Notes: generated by a model not told the origin, from the letters alone. A DNA stretch of 63,976 nucleotides, filler included, from Thelocarpon superellum (GCA_026025795.1; 3 parts of 3 records of this genome joined end to end with filler, not necessarily neighbours in it); one strand, 5' to 3'; counted from the first letter of the whole stretch, positions 1 through 14,513 are shown. Numbers and translations are program-made.

Positions 1-895
1 AGCGGGGCCGGAGCAAGCGTGAGTGGGTGATGAAGCTGTGTCAGGAATTTCATGACGAGGATCCCGTGGAGCTGCGACAACTGCGCAACAGCCTCCGGAT
101 GAGTCCCGGCGACTGGACGATGATTTCTCTCTTCGCCTTTATGCTGTTCTTTATTCCCTGTCTCCTGGGCCTGCTGGTCTCCTACTACACCCCCGTGGTG
201 GCGGTGTCCTGCCGGTCGTTGACCTGCATCGTCTACGCCGCGGCGCAGACGGTCTTGCTTCTTCTCTGGATCTGGAACTTTACGTGGCGCGACCAGCGCT
301 GGTACGATCGACGAAAGTCATGGCGACGCGAGGACCGGGAGGCGCGAGTCGAGCGAGACCTGCGCAACGGCTCCATCCTCAGCATGCCGCGTCGACTTGA
401 ACCTGATGGCCAGCACCCGTCGGCTAGCGAGAAAGCATCGGCTGGCCTTCCATGGAGCCGTGTGCAGCGTTTCATCTTCTGGCCGTTGATGGTCATCAGC
501 GTCGGCGTGGCCACATTTTCCGCCATAGGGGGTGAGTGCTCCTTGCATCTCGTCTCGTCTCGTTTCGTCTCTTTCCTGAGCGACTGACTCATGACGTGAT
601 GCCTGCAGGGACCATGCTTCAAATCATGGGCGGCTATCGCAACTGCGTCTGCTGGATCGCCACCAGTGCCTGGGCATCTCCCAGCAGCTCGATGCTGCTT
701 CTGAGCACGAACAGCGCGGATGACATCTCGTATGCCTCTCGCACGTGGCTGTCGATTGGCGGGGTAGCGACGGGGTTTTTGGCCATCGTCTGCTATTTCG
801 GGTGGTGGTACCAGCGCCGGTTACGCCATCAATTCACCGCGCTGGTGGTGGATCTGGATCGGTATCAAGTCGGCGGTTCTCGCAAGCGCGGTTGA
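1..895 (+). CDS. 3' part of a multi-pass fungal membrane protein of unknown function (5' end outside the window)
   Basis: Hydrophobic segments in ORFs 27..587 and 536..895 are joined in frame by intron 532-608 (GTGAGT...CTGAC...CAG); stop TGA at 893-895. Confidence 0.7.
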
Positions 896-1435
896 GAACT
901 TCATGTCTTTGCTATCGATCTACTGATCTGTCAATCTGGCGAACGGTTCATCTCTTAATCGCTTGCCGTCTTGAGCGAGGGGCTTACCTGGTGTGGTGTG
1001 ATGAGCATGCTGGATACATTGGATCTGATGGACATGGACATGGACATATAGGCGTGGATATAGGGGCACGCATCAAGATACCATATTCCTTCTTCTGGTT
1101 GGAAAACGAGCATGATGAAGATGAAGATGAGGGTGGAGAAATGGACGAAGTAACGTGCGCTAGAGGGGCACAAGTTCAAGTGAACCAAGGGGGAATGAAG
1201 GATGAAGATCGAAGCGTGAGGGCGAATCATGGAATCGTCTAGGTTCTTCTCTCATCTCATCTCCTTCTTCAGTCCATCTACGCGTCCCATCCTCACAGGT
1301 CCTGTCTTGTCCCACCTACTCGCCGAGTCAAGTCAACGAATGTACCCATACCCGTACCCGTACCCGTACCCGGAACTCAGTCAAGACCAGACCAGACAAG
1401 TGACAAAAAAACACTCAATCGATCAGTCAATCAAA

Positions 1436-4400
1436 TCATGATACAGGTGAAACGAGCTCAATCTCCTGTGCGACCCGGCCTCCAGCTCCCACCCCGCTTC
1501 CCGCGACTCTGGATCCAGTTCCGGCTGCGCCAATCTTCTCTGGCTCGCTTGCGCCCTGTTTCTCGCCGAGCGTCTCGCTCGCACTCTGCAACGGTGCCTT
1601 CCCCTTGGCGCACGCGCTTGTGCTCGCGCTCGCTTTCTCCTTGACCTGGTCTGGTAAAGCAGCAGCATCATCACCCTCGTCGTCTTCTCCCTCCCGATTC
1701 ACTTCTTCGTACACTCGCCGCTTCTCATGTCGCTTGTGCACTGCCTCGCGTCCGCGACCCTGTCCGTCACCTGTTCCCTGGCCGTTGCCATGTCCCTTGC
1801 GTAACTCGGCATGTCGCACCATCGGTTCCCATTCCGCGATGCGCCGCACGAGTTCAGGGTCGGAGTCATCTCCGATGAACGTCCAGCTTTCCTCGGCGAA
1901 CTCGTTCGGTCCTCCGGAGATGCCGTCGTCGGCTACGCTGCCGGCGCCCGCCGCCCCGACCAAGGCCACGTGCTTCTTGATCAGCGTTTTGGCGTACTCC
2001 ATGTCCCGGTACAGCGCTTGAATCGCGTTGGCCACGCCGTCTTCCTGACGAATCTCCTCGCCCAAGACCTTGGCCTTGACGATCATCCGCTCGCTGTGCG
2101 TGCACTCCCACAACGCCCTCGAGAAGACGGTGACGTTCAGCTTCTTGACGCACAGTCCCACGCCAAGATCTTCGACGCGGGATCCGAAGAAGAATTGGTC
2201 TCCAAAGAAGGGTTTCACGATCGTAGGTAGGCCAGCGCGTAGACTGGCTCCCGTCGTCCCGGCTCCACCGTGATGTGCCGCGGCGTCGATGTGGCGGAAG
2301 AGCCAGTCGTGCGGGGCTGACTTGATCTGGAGAATCTCCGATGGAAGCGCCATCTCGGGCTCCGTGGCGTCCTTGTTCCCCAATCGATCCGACCACCCCT
2401 TGGAGAGGATGCAACGGACGTCGGCCTTGAGGACCGACTCGATGATGGTCTTGGTCAAGGCCGCCGGATCCGACACCACGATCGACCCGAACCCCACATA
2501 TACAATCTTCTTCTTGTCGCTCCGCGCCCGTCGGATGAAATCTGCCAGCTCCTTGGGGGGCTCCCAGCCAGTGGCCTCGTCGAGAAACCAATACCCCGTC
2601 ACGCGAATCCAGTCACTGTAGTCGATGGGGGGTACCACAACGGACGGGCTGAAGTTGTACAGGAACGGGACCTTGTTGGGCTGCATCTTGTCGAGATTGG
2701 TACGCGGCAGGCCCAGCTCCTTCTTTCGCCATCGGTTGACCTGGCCCGCGATCGCTTTCCAAAAGACGTTGTCAAACATCACGTAGGTGAAGTAATTATA
2801 CGCTCCACCCATCTTGTGTTCCGGTACAGCAAAGGCGTGTGGGTACGCCCGCGTTCTCGTCCACGGCATGGTGAAGGCGCGGAAGTAAGGGATGCGTAAC
2901 GCTTCGGCGATGTGGATCCCCGCCATGGCGCTGGGGCTTTCAATTAACAGGTCGCTATCTTGGCATGCTTTCCATGCCGACGACAAGAGCTCGTCGATCC
3001 AACCGCGGAACTAGTCCCCGTCAGTCACGTTCTCCGTCTCGGAGGATCATCCAACCAACCTTCAAGGACGCTTCCCGAATAAAGGAATACGTGAACATTC
3101 CATTTTCCACGCAGATGCGCATGAGTTCTGCCGGATCGCCGTCCACGGGGGCAAAGTCGATGCCATGCTTGCGTACCCAGGGCTCGAATTCGGCATGGGT
3201 CGCGATCCGGGGCCGATGGCCCTCGGCCAGGAGGCCTTTGCACAGCGCGATGTAGGGTTGCACGTCACCTCGCGACCCGATCGTCAAGCACGTCACCCGG
3301 AGCGACTCGGTCGGCTTGAAATTGATGATGGATGCTCGCGGATCGTCAAAGAGAATTGGAGGTGCTTCCATGGCTGTCATCAGGCATCAGTCAACAGGAC
3401 GATGGTCTCCATCCGGACCTCTACTTACGCGCTTCCTCCGCCGTCCTAGGTAGCTTCAAGTCATGCTCATTGTGCCCGACCTGTCGCGCCTCTTGCAACA
3501 TCCGGTGCTCCGCTTTGGCCGCGTCGACGCTGGCTTTCTCCTCTTGCGTCAAGATGCCGGACTCCTGCAGGTATCGCACCGCCTCGAGGTTTTGGAGGAG
3601 GGTCACCGCACAGTCGTCCCGCGTATCCGCTTGACCGAACTCGAAGAAGAGCTCTTCGTGCCCGCGGATCACGATGACTAATCCGGAGTAGCCGAAACGG
3701 AATCCCTTCTCCTTGTCGACGTTCTCGATGTCCTTCAAGGGGAGGATCATCTGAGATGGTCAGCAGCCGCCCGTCACTAATATCACAGGATGCTCACCTT
3801 CGTTCGTGTCCCTGGAAGCAGACTTCGGAAGCAAAAGCTGCGATTGCTGATGTAGATCTTTCCGTAGAGGGGAAGCACACGGTGAAGGTACCCAAAATAC
3901 GTCGCTTGCAGCTTCTCCGAAGGCTGCAGGGTGAAATGGGCGCGGAAGCGATCGCCATGATCTACCTCGTTGGCGTCCTCGTCCTCCTCCGGTTCGTCGA
4001 TGGGCTCATCCGGGGAGAGACCGGGTGGGTCGTCGTAATGCCGTCTCGCGCCGGTCCACATACCAGATACCTTCTCGATGTAACCCATGGACTCGGTCGC
4101 CAGCAAGTTACTCATCCGTTTCGATCGATTCTTGAGATACCCTGCGAAGCCGGCGGCGCGCTGTAGCGGATAGGCGCCGGCCTTGACCAACTCTTGGAGG
4201 GTCGGGGTTGAGCTGGCGGCTTCATGGGTTGAGGAGATGGCATCGGATTTGTGCGGGCGCCTGACGAGCTCGACCCGGTGGCTGGGAGGCTTGCTGGCGC
4301 TCTGCAGAGTCTGCGACCGCGTCGACGGTTGAAGCCGGATGTCGGTCTCGGCCGGCGCCGAGGGAGAGCTCTCCTCGGACCGTCGCCGTTCGGCCTCGGC

Positions 4401-6347
4401 GTCCGCGGGGGGCTTGGCCGCCGGAGACAACTGGGCGAGACGTGGAATGGTGGGGGACTGGAAGACGTCGCTGCGATTCAGGATCTGGCTGGCCGAGGCT
4501 TGAGTGCCATCGCTGGAGTTTAGCGCGTCGGTCGATTCGGCCTCGCGGTCGAGCGAGTGCACAAAAGAATCTGAGGAGCCTTGTGGGTGGGTTGGCCGTG
4601 GGGACTTGATCGCAGCCTTTTCCTCCCACCGCTCTCGACCCAAGCTTTTGCGAGCATGACTCGCACTGCGACTACGATCGAAGCTCGGACGAGGAAAGTC
4701 TCGGTTGAGGTCCATGCTTCGGCGATGATGGTCGAAGCTGGCGGTCCGGCCGACATCGAAACTGGTTCGCGGGCTGGCCTTGGCGCTGCTGCCGGGTGAG
4801 AGGGGGGACAGCGTGGCTCGCACGGTGTCATGCAAGACGGGCGTATTCGGCCCCCCCGAAGAACGGAAGCCCTGATCGAGCGATTGGCGCCCGCGCAGGT
4901 GGTCCCCAGGTGCACTCTCCCGCGGGGACGACGTGCCATCCTGGCCTAGTCCTGGCAAGAGGAGGTCGGTGTGGATTTGCTGTGCAGGTGTGTCATCGAC
5001 GAGACTGCGGAGGATGCGTAAGGCTTCCTTGCCAAAGCTAAAGAAGGAGAAGAAGTACTATCGTGGAGGTGAGTCAGGGTCTAGGAATGTATCATTCATG
5101 TGCAGTCTCACCTCGTCGATGGCATACGTCTCGTCATTGTCCACGACACGGATTTTAAAGGTCTCAGCAAAGTCGAGGACGGGGCTATCGTCGACGTCGA
5201 TGATATTCTCGAGCGGCAGCGAGACCTTGACGCTATCGCCGTCGTTGTGCGAGCGGAAGATGACCTTCTGCAGGGTCCGGACCCATTCCTTGGCACTGGC
5301 GGCGCTGTCGGCCTTGAAGGAGTAGACTCGCTGGTGCGTAGTGACGGCGAAGCTTGACGACGGCTTGGCCTTGTCCTTGGACTCGGCCAGGGCGGCGGAG
5401 ATGCCATATCGCAGGTCGATGTTGCCGCTGGGAAAGTACAGGTTGGAGGGGTCGGCATAGTAGGCGAGCACGTCGCCCTTGAGCGTGAACCAGTACCGGT
5501 TGAACTTGGGATTCTGGCGGCCGCGCTTGGAGAGATAGCCGGACTTGACGATGACGTTGGACTTCTTGGGGAGGTAGGCGTAGAAGCAGATGTGCTTGGC
5601 GGTAATGTACATGTATCCTTGGAGGAGGACGCTCTTCAGGAGCCAGCAGGGATATTCGGAGATGACATGCTCGGGCTCGTCAAAGTCAAAGATCTCCATG
5701 AGCCGTTTGGCCAGCGTGGTGGCGCTGCCTCTCGTGGCGGGCGAGGCCGCGCCGTCATGAGGGGACAACGAACCCTCGCCGGAGGGTTCGCTGTGGAGCT
5801 GTGCCTCGGCCTCCAGCATGCGGCTCATGACCGGGGCCAAGGGAGTGAAGCTCGGGGACGACTGGGTGTCGGATGGGGGCTTGGGCGAGCTGGTGCGGCT
5901 GCTCTGGGCACTGACGGAACGGTCGGAATGGGTTCGCAGCCGCAAACGCGGCATCGAGCGGAGGAGTCGCCGGCTCGACGAGCGGGCCTGCTCGGTCCGT
6001 GACGCCTGCCGGGCGGGACGAGGGTCTTCGGGGGCACTGTCATTGCCGGAGGCGGCGCGTTCATCGTCGAGACGGCCAGGGGCGGAGTCGGGGCCCTCAT
6101 CGCTGTCGCTGGAGCTCTCGTCGAAGCGGGCATGGAAGTCGGTCTTGGAGCCGGCGGCGGCAATCATGGAGAAGACGGACTGGTTCATGTAGTGGGCCAT
6201 CTTGCCCTTGGGGGCGGTGACATCATCCTGAGCATCGGCGCCGTCCCGGAAGCGATCGGGCATCTGGAGGGGCGAGACGTGGCGGTCAGCTCTCCGCTTG
6301 GTCAACTTCCGGGACGCCTTCTTTCTGGAGGCGTCTTCGGAGGTCAT
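1436..6347 (-). CDS. ATG26: Sterol 3-beta-glucosyltransferase (GRAM, PH, GRAM and GT28/UDPGT domains)
   Basis: Motifs [16 protein letters not shown], a PH domain, [29 protein letters not shown] and PFFGDQFF. Exons 6347-5112, 5057-3798, 3750-3429, 3373-3060, 3010-1436 with GT-AG introns. Confidence 0.96.
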
Positions 6348-8400
6348 GTTGAGGAGGGGCTGGGGGTGGTGGCTCTCCGCGGGAGCCCGCAGCCGTGCGG
6401 CGTGCTGCGAGGACAGTTGAAGCCGAGCGCGATAAGCTTGGCGAGGTCCGGGCGCATATTATGAGCGGACCCTGAGGACGACTTGACAGTAACAGAGAGG
6501 GCGTGGTGGAATAGAGGAGATAGGTGGTAGGTGTGTAGTGTGGGGCGGGCGGCGTGGTTGAAGGTGATTGTTCATGTGAGGATGGTCCGTCATCTGTCTG
6601 GCAGCGGGTCCTGGACACCACCCGATCTAATCCATCACCAACGTAGGAGAACGACGACACTACGACACAACTTCGAACCACCAGTCCCAACTACGACCTG
6701 CACGAAGACGCACGAACCACCGGGCACTTTTGGCGTGGATCGGGCATGTGTCCACGGAAGTTGCCGACCAACTCTCTTGTGCTGGTCGGGTCAGTCGTGC
6801 CTAAGCAGGCAGCAAGACCTGCTCCGGAGCACGCCGGGACTGCAAGCGACACAGCTGCCGATGCGGATGCTCAACGACTCATGGATACGAGCTCTCGCAC
6901 TTGTCCCAGGGGGACGGTGATTAAAAATCTGATCAGGAGCCTCGAACTCGTATCCGCGATAGATGACCAGCCAGCTGCGTGCTCTCGCATGTTGCACATG
7001 TGGGCGGATTGTGGACGCAGCTGTCCCCGTGAGCTGCGAGTGGCTTCCATCAACAAAAGGGTGTCAAGAGATTCGCCTGATAAAGGTCTGGCGTCACGCG
7101 TGACGCTAGCCCCACGGGCGCGTCCCACCAGTCATACTGCCACTCGGCAACATGCTGGGCGTTCTCGCTTCACACTTTTCTGTCCCGGTTGGTTACTTTT
7201 CTCACTCAACTCGCCCGCACCCTTTCTGTTCTTCTAGCTACGGCACTCGCTCCTCCAACGATCATTGTATGCTGCAACCCTGCCTTCGCGACGCTGTGAT
7301 TGCACTCGTCAGCACATGCTGGCCTACAATGAACTGGGTCAGCTTTCGTGCTCGAAGTACCAAGATCCTGCTCAGGTCTGGATCCAATGTCCATGACGGT
7401 TGTATCCCAGCATCTCGGTGAGGGTTATGGGGGTCCCCTCGCTTACAGGTAGAGATGAGATGATATCGACCCCTCGGAGGAACTTCGAACATTGACGAAG
7501 AAGCAACGAGCGAAGCCTGCCTAGGAGCCGTGCGCTTCAGAAAAATCACCTAGCTGACTGCGGCTGAGTGCGATGGGGCTCGATCAGATTGAGGATTGTT
7601 ACCAATATGCCCTGCGTCATTCCGGTCCGTGACTCACCAACGCTCCACCCTCTCACCGCCTCGCACTAAGGCCGAGGCTGTGTCAGTACAGTGCACTATT
7701 GCCATGCTCATCTCCTCAACAGCCCCTATGACGGAGCTTTGATGGGCGGATCTTCGGCGCCGTAGACTCGCGGAGGGACTCTCGACCTGTCTTGCGCACG
7801 TCGTTCGTACCTGTAGGATATGGAGGAAGCATCACGAGGGCAATCCGCGTTCAAGTCAGCCTAACGGCGATGCCCACACATTATCGAGCAGGCTTCGCGC
7901 ATGATGAATCGTACCATCTCTTTTGTCGGAGCAGTATAACTTGAAGCAAGCTGATTAATGAGGCAACTGATAGAGTCACCTTGGCATCTACAAGCACGGA
8001 GGTTAGGCGGCTGTTCCACGTCCAGTGGGGCGTTCGGAATGGCAGCCTCATTCGTTAGGCAAACCATGGCACCCCACTTTTTCCACCACGCTCCGAGTGT
8101 GCGTTCATCTAAGTACCAAACGTGCAATCACCCACTGGTGGGAAGAGTGAAGAAGATGCAGTGGGGTCAAATATCCACTCCCCTCGCAGTGCCTTGCCTG
8201 CAACACACTGTTGCTGCAGACGACGTGTTTGTCTTACAAACTCGCCCTATCAGCATTACCCCTCTCTCGCCTTGTCTACCCTTTTCCATCAGTCTCACAT
8301 ACCCTGCCATATCTTTCTCGACGAGACAGGATCAGACAGCATCAAAGACGGGGCTACAAAGCAGGGTTGATCCCTCCTCATCATTCGTCCAGGAACCAGC

Positions 8401-9276
8401 ATGTACCCTGGCCCACCACTCCCGCACGCCTACAACACCAACAATCACATTCCCTACAGCAGTTCCCTAGATTCACACAGCCAGCAGGCGCGTGGTGGAT
8501 ACGGCGCAGGGGCCGGTGCAGGCGGGATGTGGAATCAGCCAGGACAAGGGTACCATTACGACCCGAGTGGCGGCTTCGGGCACGACTATCCTCCGCCGGG
8601 CTATGGCCGTTCTGGCTCCACTCACCACCAGCTGGGCGGCGGCGGTCTCGGAGGAGCGGGACACCGCCCGCCGCTGTACGACGACGACGAGGATCTTTTG
8701 CGATATGCACAACGGTCAGTCCGCCGCCCCGCTTCCCTTCTCTTCAGTCCCGTGCCTATGCACGGTGAAGCGCAGAGAACATACTAACTCACGACGCCTC
8801 CTAGCCGCCGTAGCGAGCGCTATCCAGGACTAACGCGGAGTCTGAGCCTCGGACCGGGTCTGCGCGGTGGTGGCGGGGGAGGACGAGGCCTGGGACTTGG
8901 GTGGAGCGAGGTACGAACACCACAGCGAAGACGGCGCTTCGCTCCTCCGCCGCCTCTCCTTCATCCTGCTCTCTGCCCCCCGCGAACTCGTCATCGTGGC
9001 CGTGGCGGCTTAGTACGAGGAACGGGAGGACTGTACTCGGATAACGAGTACGACTATGGCTATGGCTATGGCCACGGTGACGAGTACGGCTATGACGACT
9101 ACGACGGCGACGACGACTACGGGTATGGAGGTGGCGGTCTTGGCGGCAGAGACGGAGAACGTAGGCGCAAACTCCTGCTGCTGCATCAGTTGCAGCGCCA
9201 GAAGGAGAATGAAATGGAGCGCGAGTGGCGCCGTGCTCATCGTGAGCCTGCGAGATATGCTTGTGTTATTATGTGA
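8401..9276 (+). CDS. Orphan Gly/Tyr/Arg-rich low-complexity protein (261 aa) ending in a CAAX box (ACVIM*)
   Basis: Exon 8401-8714, intron 8715-8804 (GTCAGT...CTAAC...CTAG), exon 8805-9276. The spliced 786 nt is open throughout and ends TGT GTT ATT ATG TGA. Confidence 0.72.
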
Positions 9277-9508
9277 TCGCCGCCTCCCCCCCTTTCTTCT
9301 TCTTTCTCTTCTTCTCCTTGCTTGTTGTTCCTCGTTCTTCTTGAGGGAAGGGGTCCTTTTTGGTTGGACGGCGGGTGGATGAACGGCATATTTTCTTGTA
9401 TCGAGGTAGGTATATTGTACAGAACCCTCGTCTCCATAGTATGCACGATGTTATGCATCTACACGTGTCTTCTCCCCCCCCCCCTCCCTCTCTCGCTCGC
9501 CCCTCGTC

Positions 9509-11319
9509 TTAGTAATGAATCGCCTTCCCGTACGTAGCCATGGCCGCCTCCTTGAAAGCCTCGGCGAGCGTGGGATGAGCGTGGCTGGTCCGACCGATAT
9601 CTTCCGTGCTCGCACCATACTCCACGGCCAAGACCCCCTCGGCGATCATCTCACCCGCGTTGGGCCCGACGATGTGAATGCCCAGGATCCGGTCCGTGTC
9701 GGCGTCGGCCAGGAACTTCACCATGCCCTCCGTGTCGAGATTGGTCTTGGCGCGCGAGTTGGCGCTGAAGGGAAAGGTGCCGGTTTTGTATTTGACGCCG
9801 CTGGCCTTAAGCTCCGCTTCGTTTTGGCCCACCCATGCCACTTCCGGGTGCGTGTACATGACGGATGGGATGGCGTTGTAGTTGACGTGGCCGTAGCCCT
9901 TCTTGAGGAATTCCACCACGGCGACTCCCTCTTCTTCTGCCTTGTGTGCTAGCATCGGCCCGAACGTGCAGTCGCCGATGACGCGGATGTGTGGGAGCTT
10001 GGTTCGGTATTCTTGGTCGATCACCAGTCGTCCCTTGTCGTCCGCTTCTAGTCCAACATTCTCCAGTCCAAGGCCGGCGGTATAGGCGCGGCGTCCGATG
10101 GCCACGAGAACCACATCCGCATCCAGCTAAAGGATTCAGGTCAGTGAGGGATGTGACGACGAGCATCACGTCACGCACCGTCTCCTTCTTGCCTCCCTTG
10201 GCCGCCTCCACTTCGAGCTTCACCCCCTCACCCCCCGCGTCGCCGCTCAAGACCTTGGTGTTCAACTTGAACTTCATCCCCTGCTTGCCCAAAATCTTCT
10301 GCGTCATCTTCGCAATCTCTGCGTCCATACCAGGGCCACCGATCTGTCCGAGGAATTCCACCACCGTCACTTCCGCGCCTAATCTGGACCAGACCGAGCC
10401 CTGGCAGACCAATCAGTCGCTGCCGCGTACCGCGTACCGCGTTTTCCATCGTACTCACCATCTCTAATCCGATGATGCCGCCACCAATGACCACCATTTT
10501 CTTCGGTACCTCCGTCAAAGCGATCGCCCCCGTGCTCGTGATGACTTTCTTCTCGTCGATCCCCAAGCCGGGAAAGGGCGTGGCCTCGCTGCCGGTGGCG
10601 ATGATGATGTTCTTGCCCAACACCGTCTGTTCCCCTCCATCGGACAATGCGACCTTGATCTCGTGTTCGCCGGTAAGGGTACCCGTTCCTCGGATGTATT
10701 CCACATTGTTCTTCTTGAACAGGAACTCCACGCCCTTGGTCAGGCCCGCCACGGATGTGTCCTTGGCCTTCATCATCTGCTCCAGGTTGAGCTTGACGTC
10801 GCCCACTTCGATGCCCCGGTTCTTGGTATCGTGCAAGACTTGGTGGTAGAGGTGCGAGTTGTTGAGCAAAGACTTGGACGGGATGCATCCAACGTTGAGA
10901 CAGGTCCCTCCGAGCGTGCCACGCTTTTCGATACATGCTACCTGTAGGAGGGCCATCAGCACACCGATCCGACCTGACGGGAGGAATCCACCCAGCTCTT
11001 ACCTTGAAGCCCTCTTGGCCGGCCTTGATGGCAGCGACGTATCCCGCCACCCCGCCACCGATGATGACCACATCCTTCTCGTCTGTTCACGCATCAGCGG
11101 TCCATTATCCCATGTGCGGTGGCGCTCATCTCAGAGGGGAGCCATTCCCCCTCCGACCTGCACCGTCATTCTACACGTACCTGCCTCGGTCGCGTATCCA
11201 CGTCGTGACCGGTCGAGGAGCCGGAAGCTCAAGGGTGTGCAAGTGGTGAGGGGAGAGCGCGCCGGCGCGAGTCCTAGCGCCAATCTCGACGCCGCCGGGG
11301 GTTGAAAACGTGTGAGCAT
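9509..11319 (-). CDS. LPD1: Mitochondrial dihydrolipoamide dehydrogenase (E3)
   Basis: [23 protein letters not shown] redox motif and [12 protein letters not shown]; Arg-rich presequence; introns 11083-11180, 10942-11002, 10401-10458, 10127-10178. Confidence 0.97.
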
Positions 11320-11686
11320 GGCGGTGGTTAGGATGGCGAGGATTGACCGCAGAACACGGCGCCGATCAAGGTGGCGGCGTTATAGAGGTCGAGCGGCGAC
11401 TACCTGTCACGCTGCGCGGTGGTGAGACTTTTACGAGGTGCCGGAGAAATGTAACGAGACTAATGACGATGGCAGGAGGCTGTTCCGGGCTAAGCAATTT
11501 GCATAGCTACACGAGCCCGACGACGAGTAGGGTGATTGGTGGCAAGGTGCAACAAGTAGGGCGATTGGTGGCAAGGTGCTAGAGTCTCGGTACGATCCTC
11601 GCATCTGCCAATCCTGCATAAGACGCGCACAAGTCATGAAACTAACATCCGTGTGCACCTGCGAGGGTCAATGTGCCGACAGCCCC

Positions 11687-14304
11687 TCATGTTTGCCCTT
11701 CGCCGGTTATTCCGTTGCTTCCCAGGGCCTCGATCGCCACGCCACACGCCCATACCACCGTTTCCTTCTCCGCCTTGGTGCCGGCCACATCCGTCCGACG
11801 GACCACCTTGCTCAGGAAGTACTGCAGTCCGCGGGCCAGCGACGCCTGGTCTTGCACGCGCGAAAAGATGTCCCGCACTGTCGTCTCGTCTCGCGTCGTG
11901 GGCGCCTGTGGTTGAGATTCGCGCAGCAGCGTGATGAGGAGGAGCTCGACAAACATCCGCGTCCGGGGATGCAGATATGCCCAGTCCAGGTGCTGCGCTG
12001 GTCAGTTGTCGCTCCCGCGGAACTTGGGTCCTGCACCCACCTTCAACACACCCAGTCCAAGCGCGCCATGAGCGACCAAGACACCATACATCTTTGCAAG
12101 ATTGACCATCTTCCTCATGCTCAAGTCGTGAGGCTCGTCCTCATCGACACCGTCTCCGCCAGTCTTCTCCTCGTCGCCTTCTCCCATGCTCCGGAACAGA
12201 TCCCAGAGCGAGAACTGGAAGGCCATCTTCAGCTTGTGCTCTGCACACAGACGCCGAGCGATGAGAGTATAGTAGGGATTATAGATCTGCTCCGCACCGG
12301 CACAGTGCAGCAGCACGCGAGGAATCTCCACCTCCTGCCTCCGTTTCAAGTGGAGTTTCGTGAGACGTAGATGTGCGTCGCGGCAGTCGGTCGCGGACAT
12401 GATGCTGACGAAAATGGCGCGGCGGACGTCGGTGTTCATTCGCTGCTCTTTGGCCAAGGTCACGAGGTTGAGCGAGCCATCGTCGAGCGTCTCGATGTCG
12501 ACCTCGCTGCCGCCTCCTACTCCCGCTCGTGATGCGCCCGGTGGGTCTCGGTCGGGTCCAGCATCGGTCCAGCTCGCCCCGACGAGCCACCATTTCCCTC
12601 GCCGGTCCGTCTCCCGGATGTCGCGCAGTCCCACCCGCAGAGGCTCGCTCGCGCGAAGCGTGCGTGTATTCAACGATCCCAGGATCTTCCTCATCCGCAT
12701 CGTGGCTTCCGACGTCACTGCCGACGCCGCTGCTCCGGTCCGCAGCCGGTTGTTCTTCAGATGGTCGATGGTCTCCATCATGAACCGCATCCGGACCGAG
12801 AGATTGGCCTCGCCCATCTTCGCCACCGCTGGTTGAAGCATGAGGACGATCTCTTTCAGCGCCGACGGATCGTCCTGCCTCAACTGTGGCCCCGTGGTGC
12901 GGATGATCCTTAGGAGCAACTCGGTATTGACCTCGGACAGCTCGCTGATGAACATCCGAATGAAATCAAAGACCACGTTGCTCCCCACCACATGGAAGTT
13001 GTATAGCTCCGCCAGCAGCGCCACGAGGTTCGCCCGCTCCTTACCCGGACCGCGATCGGCATCCGCGTTGGTCTGGTCCGGACGAAAGCGATCAAAGTCT
13101 TCCACAAGGCGCTGAACCGTAGCCGCACCAAAGTCCATGCCGATGACCTTATTGACTCCCGTGATGAAGCCGGCGTGGAGGATGAGAAAAGTGTCTTGAA
13201 AGCTAGCCCGATCACAGATCAGCCCCAGCAGCAGCCCAATCAACGTAGACGTGACGTGTTGCCGTGCTTCGCTGCGGTAGAGCTCCTCCGCCTCGTTGAG
13301 AATCGAAAGGAAGTTGGCTTCGGAAAGGCGATTGAGGAGCCCTTGGATCCGCCGGCGTAGGCGCGCGAGACCTTCTTCCTCCGCGGATGAGACGGGTCGA
13401 CGTGAAGGAGGGATGTACTTGGTCGGAGCGATTGCATTCGATGACGCCAGCGGCGCAATGTAGGGGTTCTCGCGGGCTTTCTTGGGCAGGGCTCTTGGCT
13501 CTGATTCGATGTCTTCGGAGCCCAAATCCTCTGCAGGTCCTGCGACCCTGTCCGCATCGCCGTCCGTATCCACGGAATCTTCAGAACTGTCCCTACCGTC
13601 GACAGACATGCCCTCCTCATCACCGTGTGAGGGAGACGGTTGAGCTTTCCGCCGCTTCCTCTCCAGCCATTCCAACTCCTCGCGACGCCTCTTTTGGGAG
13701 GAGCCGCTCGAGTCGTCGGAGGCGTGTGCATTGTCGTCCAATCCACCAAGTAAGCCCGCGAGGCCATCGTCGTCCGAGCGTCCAGACCCCTTCTTCTTGC
13801 CTCTGATTCCCAGCTTCCGTTCCAGCGCAGCAATCTCGGCGTCGTCTTGGGCCAGGCGGTCCCGCAGCCCTCTCGACAACGATGGCGTTGCGAGCAGATG
13901 CTCGGGCTCAACGAGCTTGGGCGCCTTTAAGATCGATTTCGGCGGGACTGAGGGTCCTGTGGTCGTTCGAGTCGGCTTGATCACCGCCAGATCCTCTGCA
14001 GACGACTCGAGGTCGTCATCTGAGCGGCTCGACGCCGCGTGGGTAGCATAGCGAGATGGCTGTTGCGTCCGTAACGACGTCCGATTGCTCTTCCTTCGCT
14101 GGCGTTCCGCCTTGCGCTTTTCCTTCCGGGCTGCTGGTCTTGCCTGGAGACCGTTGCGCTTTCCTCCCACCCCACGAGACACGTCATCTATGAACCGTTA
14201 GACTCGAGATCGTTCCCAAGACTCGACAAGCACTCACGTTGCACACCGAGCTCTTCCACAAGCTTTTTGGGCAGCTGTGTGGTCTTGGCGGGCGGCGGAC
14301 GCAT
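11687..14304 (-). CDS. SGD1: Nucleolar MIF4G/MA3-domain protein (Sgd1/NOM1 family)
   Basis: GLLNRLSEAN (MIF4G), LRQDDPSALKEIV, RMNTDVRRAIF and YNPYY (MA3). First exon 14304-14238 (MRPPPAKTTQLPKKL); introns 14188-14237 and 11993-12040. Confidence 0.9.
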
Positions 14305-14513
14305 CTCCACGGTGGCCGGCCTGTCTTTCACCGACCATCGGGTCCGATGTCTGCTCTCTGGTGTTTTGGCGGGGGCCCGTCGGTAGCGTCATTCGGGAAC
14401 TCTCTCCCCCCCAAATTGAACGGCCGAATTCCCCCAACCTGTCGGAAAGACCACCACTGGGTGCAAGACGAGGCAAAGCGTCCGCACTCGTGCGGGCAAG
14501 CTCTGTCGCAGCG

